Below, piece by piece: positions 1 to 8,426 of a stretch of DNA of 64,000 nucleotides (within the stretch, counting starts at the first letter, position 1; each line of letters begins with the position of its first letter). Below the pieces are notes generated by a model. That model was given only the letters and a program-made list of their open reading frames with translations. It did no database searches and was not told the DNA's origin. The DNA comes from Bacillota bacterium (GTDB lineage Bacteria > Bacillota_I > Bacilli_A > RF39 > UBA660): contig JAEWOE010000002.1 of NCBI GenBank assembly GCA_023460995.1, forward strand, positions 77,809 through 141,808, read 5' to 3'. Position numbers and translations under genes: made by a program.

Positions 1-441
1 TATGATATAATGCTAGAACTTGCTATTGAACCTTTCATCCAGGCTGGTTTAGATAAGAATAAGCTGCCAGAAGAAATGCTATCTAATGATGTGATTATAG
101 TTGGCACAAAATTAAGTGATGAAAAGACTACATATGATGGAGATTTTTCTTCTTATGAGTCGTATAAAAAAATAGTTGAATCAAAAAGAAATAGTATTAA
201 GTACCATGCTGAGTTAGATCATTATGGTATTGATTTAGGTAATGGAAACTTATTTGAATGGGCAAAAGATATGAATACAAATGATAAAGATATAGTTTTT
301 GTACTTAATCCAGAACCATTTATAGATGCTGGAGTTAATCCGGAAAAAGTAGATGGCTGGGTATATGCTAAGGTTCCTACAATGAAAGATGGAAAAAAAA
401 TCGAAGTATATAAACTTTTAAAACCATTCAATTTAAAATAA
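1..441 (+). CDS. hypothetical protein, probably 5'-truncated at window edge
   Basis: Reading frame is open back to base 1 with no upstream stop; no recognisable catalytic motif. Confidence 0.35.
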   Translation, partial: YDIMLELAIEPFIQAGLDKNKLPEEMLSNDVIIVGTKLSDEKTTYDGDFSSYESYKKIVESKRNSIKYHAELDHYGIDLGNGNLFEWAKDMNTNDKDIVFVLNPEPFIDAGVNPEKVDGWVYAKVPTMKDGKKIEVYKLLKPFNLK

Positions 442-497
442 TAGAAAGTATTAATAATTCTTAACTAGTATTTTATAAAAAAGGAAGGAGGAATAAT

Positions 498-1814
498 ATG
501 GAAAAAATGTATGTCAAAATTGATGGTATAACATGCGATCACTGCAGGATGAAAATAACTAAGGCTTTAGAACAAATAAAGAATGTTAATACTATTTCAT
601 TCGATGGACATATTGCTGAAGTAACGTATAAAGGTAAATTAAATAAAAATGATATAGTAAATTCTATTATTAAAATAGATTATTACACTGATTTGAAAAT
701 GATTTCTAATAATAAAAAAGCATTAAAACGTACTATGTCGATGGGGCAGTTTTTAAAAATACTAATTATTATTATTTTATTAGCCATAACACTAAATATG
801 TTATTTGGATTTAACATATTTAATATGATTCCTGTAATAAATAGTAGGACAACTTATTCAATGCTTTTTGTTACAGGACTTTTAACTAGTGTACACTGCA
901 TTTCAATGTGTGGGGCAATTAACTTAATAGCAAGTAGTTCGATTAAGAGAAACTTTAAAAAACCATTTTTATATAATTTAGGTAGACTTGTCTCATATAC
1001 CATAATTGGTGGCTTAGTAGGATTAATAGGTAGTGTTTTTAAATTTAATTCATACATAGATGGTACTATAATTATAATAGCTTCTATATTTATGCTTTTA
1101 ATGTCACTTAATATGATGGGTATTGTAGATTTTTCTATAAAGTTTAGAACTCCTAAAATTTTTAATAAATTAAAGATAAATGGACCTTTTGCCTTAGGAT
1201 TATTAAATGGACTTATGCCATGTGGACCACTTCAAGCAATGCAAGTATATGCATTATCAACAGGTTCATTTATTTATGGTTCTTTATCTATGTTTCTATT
1301 TTGTTTAGGAACAATTCCATTAATGCTTTTAGTAGGGATTGTATCTAATTTCTTAAATAATAATCATAGGAAGATTATGAATAAAGTTTCAACGGTTATA
1401 GTTTTAATTTTATCTTTTGTAATGCTTAATCGTGGTTTATTAAGTATGGGGATAGATATTTCTAATATTTTCATACCAAATTATGATAATTATATAAAGA
1501 GTGAAATGGTTGATGATTATCAGGTTATAGAATTTGATTTATCGACTTCTGGTTACAAGGACATTGTTGTAAAACAAGGAATTCCTGTTAAGATGATTAT
1601 AAATGTAAGCGTAAATTCACTAACTGGTTGTAATAATGCTATAAAAATAAATAGTTTTAATATAGATAGAGATTTACAGGTCGGACAAAATGTAATTGAG
1701 TTTACCCCAAATAAGAAAGGCACATATACATATACATGTTGGATGGGTATGCTTAAAAACAATATTGTTGTTGTAGATGATAAGACTGTTTTTACAGGAG
1801 GTAATAATGATTAA
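498..1814 (+). CDS. polytopic membrane protein with N-terminal heavy-metal-associated (HMA) domain, DsbD_2/TauE-like core and C-terminal cupredoxin-like domain
   Basis: N-terminal GITCDHC metal-binding motif. Paired Cys motifs HCISMCG and MPCGPL lie in hydrophobic segments. C-terminal beta-rich segment ends TYTYTCWMGM. GGAGG RBS upstream. Confidence 0.6.
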   Translation: MEKMYVKIDGITCDHCRMKITKALEQIKNVNTISFDGHIAEVTYKGKLNKNDIVNSIIKIDYYTDLKMISNNKKALKRTMSMGQFLKILIIIILLAITLNMLFGFNIFNMIPVINSRTTYSMLFVTGLLTSVHCISMCGAINLIASSSIKRNFKKPFLYNLGRLVSYTIIGGLVGLIGSVFKFNSYIDGTIIIIASIFMLLMSLNMMGIVDFSIKFRTPKIFNKLKINGPFALGLLNGLMPCGPLQAMQVYALSTGSFIYGSLSMFLFCLGTIPLMLLVGIVSNFLNNNHRKIMNKVSTVIVLILSFVMLNRGLLSMGIDISNIFIPNYDNYIKSEMVDDYQVIEFDLSTSGYKDIVVKQGIPVKMIINVSVNSLTGCNNAIKINSFNIDRDLQVGQNVIEFTPNKKGTYTYTCWMGMLKNNIVVVDDKTVFTGGNND

Positions 1815-1992
1815 TACTGATAAACGAAATCTATACATAAAAAGAAATATTATAATCATCATTTTTACAATGATAATAATATTTTCTATGTTAACAGGTT
1901 GTGATGCGAAAGGAGGTAATGCAAGTGAAACAAAAGTTAGTAGAGACACGAATGAAAATAACAATACCACTAATGTTCCTGCTTGTCATTAG
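1807..1992 (+). CDS. small putative lipoprotein
   Basis: GGAGGT RBS then ATG at 1807. Signal peptide with lipobox LTGC. Overlaps the next lipoprotein gene by about 40 nt in another frame. Confidence 0.4.
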   Translation: MINTDKRNLYIKRNIIIIIFTMIIIFSMLTGCDAKGGNASETKVSRDTNENNNTTNVPACH

Positions 1993-2458
1993 TTTATTTG
2001 GACTAGCTGGGTGTAGTTCTAAGAAGGTAGAAGTTATAGAGGAAGAAATAGTTAAGCATACTATAATGACAGTAAAACAAGGTGAAGATATTATAATAAA
2101 CACTAATGATATAAATTCTAACGCAACTTACTATAATTATGAAATAGATGGATATATAATTCAAATATTTGCAGTAAAAGCATCTGATGGTACTGTAAGA
2201 ATAGCGTTTAATACATGTGGTGCATGTAACCCATCTCCTTCAGCTTATTTTGTCCAAAAAGGTGAGTATTTTGAATGCCAAAATTGTGGAAATAAATTCA
2301 AAATAGATGAGATTGGTTTAACAAATAGACCTGGATGTTTTCCAATAGGGATATTAGATGATAATAAAAATATAGATGGAGACAACATTACAATATCTAG
2401 TAGTTTTATAGAGACATATAAACAAAAATTCGAAACAATAAACATTTATGAAAACTAA
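1952..2458 (+). CDS. lipoprotein with double CxxC (zinc-ribbon / Fe-S-like) domain
   Basis: MKITIPLMFLLVISLFGLAGC lipoprotein signal. CGACN and CQNCG cysteine pairs. The track ORF starts at 1901, but the signal peptide begins at the in-frame ATG at 1952. Confidence 0.55.
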   Translation: MKITIPLMFLLVISLFGLAGCSSKKVEVIEEEIVKHTIMTVKQGEDIIINTNDINSNATYYNYEIDGYIIQIFAVKASDGTVRIAFNTCGACNPSPSAYFVQKGEYFECQNCGNKFKIDEIGLTNRPGCFPIGILDDNKNIDGDNITISSSFIETYKQKFETINIYEN

Positions 2459-2637
2459 GAATTTCTTTTTATATTAATATATTTATATTAATAAAAGATG
2501 TATAATAATCAGATATCTTAATTATCTTTAGTCTTGCAATTAGGTTTAATTTACAAAATATTAACTTATCTGAAACTAGTATTTTTCACAATTTTTGATA
2601 TTATAATACAAAAAAACCTTGTTTTACTTATTTTTTC

Positions 2638-2666
2638 TTGTACATTAACTTAAGTGGTGGTATAAT
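2638..2666 (+). promoter_or_regulatory. sigma-A type promoter for rpsU (TTGTAC-17-TGGTATAAT)
   Basis: -35 TTGTAC, 17 nt spacer, extended -10 TGGTATAAT, about 30 nt upstream of the rpsU start. Confidence 0.5.
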
Positions 2667-2695
2667 AATTCATAGTTAAGAAGGGAGGGATATTG

Positions 2696-2890
2696 ATGAC
2701 AAAAGTTCTAGTACGTAATGGTAACGTTGACGGTGCCTTGAGAATGGTTAAACAAAGAAATGCCAAAGATGGCCTCCTAAAAGCAGTTCGTGAAAGACAA
2801 GAAGGTTATATGAAACCCGGAGTTAAAAAAAGAATGGCTAAAAAAGAAGCTATTAAAAATGCTAAAAAGAATAGTAGAAAATACAGCTAA
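2696..2890 (+). CDS. rpsU: 30S ribosomal protein S21
   Basis: Small basic protein VRNGNVDGALRMVKQ...KPGVKKRMAKKEA typical of S21. GGGAGGG RBS. Confidence 0.9.
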   Translation: MTKVLVRNGNVDGALRMVKQRNAKDGLLKAVRERQEGYMKPGVKKRMAKKEAIKNAKKNSRKYS

Positions 2891-2930
2891 GAGTCATTAA
2901 GACTCTTTTTTATATAAAGGAGAATAAAAG

Positions 2931-3371
2931 ATGAGACAAACGATATTAGATGATATTATAAAAGCAATGAAGGAAAAAGATAAAGATACTTTATCAGTAC
3001 TTCGTATGGTAAAAGGTGCAATGCAATTAGAAGAAATAAATGTTAAGCATGAACTTAATGATGAAGAAATGACAAGAATTATATCTAAACAAATTAAAAC
3101 AAGAAAAGATTCTATAGTTGAGTTTGAAAAAGGAAATAGACAAGATCTTGTTGATGCTGTAAACTCTGAAATTACAATACTTGAAAAATATATGCCTGAA
3201 CAAATGAGTGAAGAAGATATATTAAAAGTAATAGATGAAGTATTCAGTAAAGTTAATCCAACTGGTCCTTCTGAAATGGGGAAAATTATGGGAATGATTT
3301 CTCCACTAGTAAAAGGAAAAGCAGATATGGGGCTTGTAAATAAATTGATAAAAGAAAGATTATCAAATTAA
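2931..3371 (+). CDS. yqeY: GatB/YqeY domain protein
   Basis: Conserved YqeY motifs (LSVLRMVKGA..., EYMPEQMSEEDI, MGKIMGMISPLVKGKADMGLVNKLIKERL). Canonical rpsU-yqeY pairing. Confidence 0.85.
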   Translation: MRQTILDDIIKAMKEKDKDTLSVLRMVKGAMQLEEINVKHELNDEEMTRIISKQIKTRKDSIVEFEKGNRQDLVDAVNSEITILEKYMPEQMSEEDILKVIDEVFSKVNPTGPSEMGKIMGMISPLVKGKADMGLVNKLIKERLSN

Positions 3372-3437
3372 AATATGTTTATACATATTTTTTTTAATTT
3401 TTTTAATGTATAATGTAAGAATAGGGTAGGGATAATT

Positions 3438-4673
3438 ATGGGCGAGCTATATGCGTTTAAACAAGATAAAAATAAATATGAATCACAAATAGGTATAGAA
3501 GAAAATGTTTTTAATAAACAAAAATTAATGAAGGAATATCAAGATAAAACTAAAAGGTATTTAGGGACGGCAATTAGTATTATCAATAAAAACTTTAATA
3601 TTAATTATTCTATGAATAAGGAAGCTGTAGGTATGACTGCAACTTTTCAGAAGATAAATACAATTGTTAGAAAAACAGATCAAGAGATCTCAATTGAAAT
3701 GGAACAATTAAGTAATCAAATACCAAATTTAGCGGTAAGCGATGATATCAAAGAAACAATTGAACTAGCTATAGAGATAGTTACAATTTATTGTACTAAC
3801 GGGGTTGAAAATTCAGCGGTTGCTTCAACTGCCGATATAAATGTTTTTGAAGATAATAAAGTAATAAATGAAACAAGGCTGAATCAAAATTCTGAAAGTG
3901 TTACCGAAAAACAAGATTCAAATATAGTTCAGGAAATTAATGAAAAAGTACCACCTTTAAAAAAAGACAGTCCCTTTATTTCATATAAAGTTAAACTAGG
4001 ATTATTAATAATACCAGTTGTATCATTATTTATGACTTTTGTGTTATTTATTATCCTAAAAGTTCTATCTAAATTGCCATTTTTCTCAAATATAATTGGT
4101 AGTGGAACTTCAAGTATGTTATATGTAATATTTTTCTATGGTTTATTATTCTTATTTTCATGGTTAGTAACCAGCTTTATCTCATCATTTATAAGTGGCA
4201 GAACAAATAATAAAATATCCTTTATGATATTGCCTTTTTCTTTGCTTATTTTATTAATAATTGTTTCAAAAATAGTTATAGATTATGTAACAGTAAAACA
4301 ATTACTAGATGTAGTATCATTATTATATATTAATGTTTATTATGCATGTGCCATTATAATACTATATACGTTTATGCCATTATTTTATATTTTATCAGTA
4401 TTCCAAAAGCATACCAAAACGAGTATAGTTGAATTTATTGATATAAGTATAATAATATATGTAGGTATTTTACCTGGAATAAAACATATATTAGAAGTCC
4501 TTAAAATAGATCAGTTTAAAGGTGTATTTAATGCATTATATAATTATCCAAAACAAAAAATTGTTTTTATTATATTAATAATTATTTGTATTTTATCTAA
4601 TATAATTTATTCTTTTATTAAATATAAAAAAGGTAGTAAAAGTAGTGAAAATATAGAAAGTAGTGAAGCATAA
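3438..4673 (+). CDS. hypothetical membrane protein (N-terminal soluble/coiled-coil region plus 6 or more TM helices)
   Basis: Long ORF with own extended -10 (TGTATAAT) and GGGTAGGGA RBS. Hydrophobic C-terminal two-thirds. Confidence 0.5.
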   Translation: MGELYAFKQDKNKYESQIGIEENVFNKQKLMKEYQDKTKRYLGTAISIINKNFNINYSMNKEAVGMTATFQKINTIVRKTDQEISIEMEQLSNQIPNLAVSDDIKETIELAIEIVTIYCTNGVENSAVASTADINVFEDNKVINETRLNQNSESVTEKQDSNIVQEINEKVPPLKKDSPFISYKVKLGLLIIPVVSLFMTFVLFIILKVLSKLPFFSNIIGSGTSSMLYVIFFYGLLFLFSWLVTSFISSFISGRTNNKISFMILPFSLLILLIIVSKIVIDYVTVKQLLDVVSLLYINVYYACAIIILYTFMPLFYILSVFQKHTKTSIVEFIDISIIIYVGILPGIKHILEVLKIDQFKGVFNALYNYPKQKIVFIILIIICILSNIIYSFIKYKKGSKSSENIESSEA

Positions 4674-4706
4674 AAGAAAGAAGTTTAACTTTCTTTTATT
4701 TTTTTA

Positions 4707-4736
4707 TTGACAAGTGTCACATACTACGCATATAAT
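4707..4736 (+). promoter_or_regulatory. promoter TTGACA-18-TATAAT overlapping an ACAAGTGT box (4710-4729)
   Basis: Consensus -35/-10 immediately upstream of the Nudix gene. Box ACAAGTGTCACATACTACGC is shared with two boxes at 5451-5520. Confidence 0.5.
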
Positions 4737-4755
4737 GTAATTGTAGGTGATAAAT

Positions 4756-5430
4756 ATGGAAGTTAAAAATCCATTATATAAAAATCAGGGTATACATGCT
4801 ATTTCTGCTATATTTACGGTAGACAAAGGAATTACTAAAGTACTACTGATAAAAAGGAATAATGAACCATTTAAAGGTATGTGGGCTTTAGTAGGCGGAG
4901 CTCTTTATAATAATGAAACTTTAGATCAAGGTATAAAAAGAGAGATAGAAGAGAAAATTGGTATTAATATTAAAAATATTGAAATGTTTGATATTTTTAG
5001 TAAGATCGATAGATCACCAGTGATGCGAATGATCGCTGTAGGATATATAGGAATTGTTGATTCATCAAAAGTTGAAGTTGTTAAAAAAACTGTAAAAACT
5101 AGTGATGCTGACTGGGTTCCAATTGATAAAATTGGAAAACTTGCTTATGACCATAATGAAATAATTAGTAAAGGAATAGAAGTTCTAAAGCAAAAAATAG
5201 TCAATACAGATATTTTGAAAAGTTTATATCCAGAAGGATTTACACTTCCAGAAATTCAAAAAACTTATGAAGCTATTTTGAGTAAGGAACTAGATAGAAG
5301 AAATTTTAGAAAGAAAATGCTTAGCTTAGATTTAATTTATGATACTGGTTTAGCAAAGAAGTTTGAGGGAACTAAACCAGCAAAAATATATAAGTTTAAA
5401 GAAAATAGAAAAAGTAAAAATGTATTTTAA
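4756..5430 (+). CDS. NUDIX hydrolase with NrtR-like C-terminal winged-helix domain (ADP-ribose pyrophosphatase / Nudix-related regulator family)
   Basis: Intact Nudix box GGALYNNETLDQGIKREIEEKIG. C-terminal FTLPEIQKTYEAIL...RRNFRKKM resembles NrtR DNA-binding domain. True start is ATG 4756 after AGGTGA (the track start 4747 is a GTG inside the RBS). Confidence 0.65.
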   Translation: MEVKNPLYKNQGIHAISAIFTVDKGITKVLLIKRNNEPFKGMWALVGGALYNNETLDQGIKREIEEKIGINIKNIEMFDIFSKIDRSPVMRMIAVGYIGIVDSSKVEVVKKTVKTSDADWVPIDKIGKLAYDHNEIISKGIEVLKQKIVNTDILKSLYPEGFTLPEIQKTYEAILSKELDRRNFRKKMLSLDLIYDTGLAKKFEGTKPAKIYKFKENRKSKNVF

Positions 5431-5447
5431 TACATTTTTATAAACTT
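5418..5447 (+). terminator. rho-independent terminator after Nudix gene
   Basis: AAAAATGTATT/AATACATTTTT hairpin overlapping the stop codon, followed by a T-rich run. Confidence 0.5.
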
Positions 5448-5450
5448 ATA

Positions 5451-5520
5451 ACAAGTGTATTATACTACACATAATAGTAATACGCTTTTATATAGATTTA
5501 ACAAGTGTATCAAATTACAC
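5451..5520 (+). promoter_or_regulatory. two ACAAGTGTAT operator-like boxes (5451-5470 palindromic GTGTATTATACTACAC; 5501-5520 GTGTA-N6-TACAC)
   Basis: Direct repeat of ACAAGTGTAT 50 nt apart, each with an inverted-repeat partner TACAC. Same motif occurs at 4710. Confidence 0.45.
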
Positions 5521-5538
5521 TTAAAGAAAGGAAAGTAT

Positions 5539-6132
5539 ATGTTTATTAATTTAAAAGAAGGAAAGTTAACGCTTTATGATTTGGTTGTAAGTAAGAAAAT
5601 GCAACCTGTTCTTGAAAGAATATCTTATGAAGGCATAAAAGAACATCATTCATTTACTGCTACACATTGGTGTAGGGAAGGAAGAAGAACAGATAATACT
5701 ATAGTAAGAAATATGTACTGGCAAAAAACAGGAAGGGTAATTGAATATAATGATTTCTATTCGCAAGATGAAGATGAGTATTTAATAAATTATGATTTAT
5801 ATAAGCTTCCTAATTTATATTTAATAATTGAAAGTTTATTAAATGAAAATTATGAAACGCTAGATGAACTATCAAAATATCAAAGAAAAGAAAATTTAAA
5901 TGCTATAGAAAAGGAAATATTTATTAAACACAAAAAGGAAATATATGATTATATATACTTAAGAAAAATCATTGAATTAGATCCGACTGCAGGCTTGGAA
6001 TTAATAAATATTTTAAAATTAAATAGCAAGGGAAAACTAAAAGCTAATTTAAAAAATATTAAGCAATATTTAAATATATATAGTCTAGATTTAGAAGGGA
6101 TAAAAGTTAAGGTGAAAGTTGATGAAAAATAA
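5539..6132 (+). CDS. hypothetical protein
   Basis: AAGGAAAG RBS then ATG at 5539 (the track ORF starts earlier at 5455). No recognisable domain. Confidence 0.5.
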   Translation: MFINLKEGKLTLYDLVVSKKMQPVLERISYEGIKEHHSFTATHWCREGRRTDNTIVRNMYWQKTGRVIEYNDFYSQDEDEYLINYDLYKLPNLYLIIESLLNENYETLDELSKYQRKENLNAIEKEIFIKHKKEIYDYIYLRKIIELDPTAGLELINILKLNSKGKLKANLKNIKQYLNIYSLDLEGIKVKVKVDEK

Positions 6133-6568
6133 TAATATTTTAGAGTTAAGTGAAATTGAAAATAAGTTTAATGAGATACAGGATGAAAGAAGTAATATTT
6201 TAAAAAGAATGCGCGAACTAGAAAAGTTGGATGTTATTAATGAGTATCAAAAGTTATGTTCTAGTAATGAGACACTATATAGGCAACAAAATAGTTTAAG
6301 AGAAAGATATACTAATTTAAAACAAAAAAACTGTTCACATCCTCTTTGGTATTTTATTAAAGAAGAGACCGATACATATGAAGGAAGAACATACTATACA
6401 TGTAGATGTTTAGAATGTAATTTAGTTGAGGAACGTAGAAGCAGAGATTTTGATGATGTTATTAGGGGTGATTATAGTAAGATTAAAGATGAGTATAATA
6501 ACAGAAAATCATCCCCATCAGTTAAAGCAGTTCAAATGATAAAAAAATATAGTGGGAGAAATAAATGA
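6122..6568 (+). CDS. hypothetical coiled-coil protein with C-terminal Cys cluster (CSHP...CRCLECN, zinc-ribbon-like)
   Basis: AAGGTGA RBS, ATG 6122 overlapping the upstream gene end; Cys/His cluster. Confidence 0.5.
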   Translation: MKNNNILELSEIENKFNEIQDERSNILKRMRELEKLDVINEYQKLCSSNETLYRQQNSLRERYTNLKQKNCSHPLWYFIKEETDTYEGRTYYTCRCLECNLVEERRSRDFDDVIRGDYSKIKDEYNNRKSSPSVKAVQMIKKYSGRNK

Positions 6569-7122
6569 TCTATTTATTAAGACATGGTCAAGATGATGAA
6601 AGTTTTATAGGAGGACATTCTGATGTTGAACTTACTCTAACAGGTATTTCACAAGTCATGGAGACTACAAATTTCCTAAAGAATAATAGTTATAAAATAG
6701 AGAGAATTATATCAAGTGATATAAAAAGAGCGAGGCAGACAACTGAAATAGTCATTGAAAGTTTAAATATACCTATAGAATATACAAGTATGTTAAGAGA
6801 ACTTGATAAAGGTAACTTAAATGGCTTACCAGTAACGCAAGCTAAAATATTATATCCAGAATTTATTAATGTAGAAGACATCTATACCAAATATCCTAAT
6901 GGCGAATCTATGCAGGATTTTTATGAACGAATTAAAGGTGATATTGATAAAATACTTGCCTTAGATAATTCATTATTAGTCACCCATCGTGGTGTAATTA
7001 ACATGTTATATTTCATTTTAAATAATTTAGAACCAAATATGGACAAGAAGCAATTTGGAGCTGAACACGCTTCACTTCATGAATTAGATCCTAAAAGTAA
7101 AGTTATTAAAAAAATAAAATAG
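6565..7122 (+). CDS. histidine phosphatase superfamily (phosphoglycerate-mutase-like) protein
   Basis: N-terminal LLRHGQ (RHG catalytic motif) and later LLVTHRGVIN second His; start overlaps upstream stop (ATGA). Confidence 0.7.
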   Translation: MIYLLRHGQDDESFIGGHSDVELTLTGISQVMETTNFLKNNSYKIERIISSDIKRARQTTEIVIESLNIPIEYTSMLRELDKGNLNGLPVTQAKILYPEFINVEDIYTKYPNGESMQDFYERIKGDIDKILALDNSLLVTHRGVINMLYFILNNLEPNMDKKQFGAEHASLHELDPKSKVIKKIK

Positions 7123-7131
7123 GAGATTAAT

Positions 7132-8268
7132 ATGGGAAAAATAGTAGGAAAAATCGTTTTAACAGGAGGGCCTTGTGCTGGAAAGACAAGTGCTCTTACA
7201 AAAATTGAAGAAGAGCTAACAGAAAAAGGCTTCAAAGTATTTATTGTTAGTGAAAGTGCAACTGAATTAATAAAAGGTGGGATTAAACCATTTGGTAGAA
7301 TGCCAATTGATTTAATCAAATTTCAAAGTTTAATATTAAAGTATCAATATGAAAAAGAAAAAATATATGAAGAGGCAGCAAAAAGTTTAGGTGATGATGA
7401 GAAATGTATTATCATTCATGATAGAGGTTTACTTGATAATAAAGCGTATATCAACCAACAAATTTTTAATCAGTTACTTAATGAACAAGGCTTAAAAGAA
7501 TTAGAAATAATGGATAACTACAATATGGTAATTCATTTAGTAACTGCGGCTGACGGAGCAGAGGAGGCCTATACTCTAGGAAATAATGTCGCTAGAACAG
7601 AGACTATCGAAGAGGCAAAAGAACTAGATAATAGAACTGTAAATGCTTGGGCTGGACATCCAAACTTAAGAATTATAGGTAATGAAAAAGATTTTGCCGC
7701 TAAACTTCAAAATGTTATTGATGAAATAAATAACCTAATTGGAGAACCTGTTTCAATTAGAAAACAAAGAAAATTTTTAATTGATTTAGAAAATTCTGAT
7801 TTATCATTTTTAACAGAAGATAATTCAACTGCTATTCATATAGAACAAACATATATAAATGATAATTCTGATGTTGAAACAAGACTTAGAAAAAGAACTT
7901 ATAATGATCAAAGCTGCTACTATTTAACAGTTCAAGTAAAAGAAAAAGACGGTAAATCAACTGTTTTAACAAATAGAAAGATTACTGAAAAAGAGTATAC
8001 TAAACAGTTATCAACTGCCGTTTCAACTACTTCGGTATCCAAAGATAGATATTCATTTTCAAAAAATAAACAGTATTTTAGATTAGATATATTTGATGCA
8101 ATGAAAAAGTATGCTTTACTTGAAATAGACCCTACTTATGAAAATTCTAGAATTAAACTACCTAAGGAAATTAAAGTTATAGAAGATGTTACTAATAGTC
8201 CTTATTACGACAATCATGTAATATCAGAAATGGTTACTCACGAAAAAAATAAAGTTTTAAATAAATAA
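7132..8268 (+). CDS. P-loop ATPase/kinase (AAA_28, NadR-RNK-like) fused to C-terminal CYTH-like domain
   Basis: Walker A GGPCAGKTS, IIHDRGLLDNKAY Walker B-like region. C-terminal segment with RKQRKFL...ETRLRKR...LLEIDPTYE resembles triphosphate-tunnel (CYTH) fold. Confidence 0.55.
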   Translation: MGKIVGKIVLTGGPCAGKTSALTKIEEELTEKGFKVFIVSESATELIKGGIKPFGRMPIDLIKFQSLILKYQYEKEKIYEEAAKSLGDDEKCIIIHDRGLLDNKAYINQQIFNQLLNEQGLKELEIMDNYNMVIHLVTAADGAEEAYTLGNNVARTETIEEAKELDNRTVNAWAGHPNLRIIGNEKDFAAKLQNVIDEINNLIGEPVSIRKQRKFLIDLENSDLSFLTEDNSTAIHIEQTYINDNSDVETRLRKRTYNDQSCYYLTVQVKEKDGKSTVLTNRKITEKEYTKQLSTAVSTTSVSKDRYSFSKNKQYFRLDIFDAMKKYALLEIDPTYENSRIKLPKEIKVIEDVTNSPYYDNHVISEMVTHEKNKVLNK

Positions 8269-8426
8269 AATCAATAAAAAAGCCAAAAAAATGTTGTTAT
8301 TCATATTTATTATGATATAATATTAATGGCTTTTTTAATACACACGACAATGATTTTTATGCCTAGTGCCTTATGGTGGTGTAAAAAGTTGATTTGTTCG
8401 GAGGAAAAACAAAAGGAGGAAATAAA

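Noticed and set aside
8269-8393. Possible terminator or regulatory hairpin between the ATPase-CYTH gene and rpsB (AAAGCCA...TGGCTTTTTT)
   Set aside because: Arms are short and separated by a 45-nt loop; not a convincing intrinsic terminator. No recognisable rpsB leader structure was identified.
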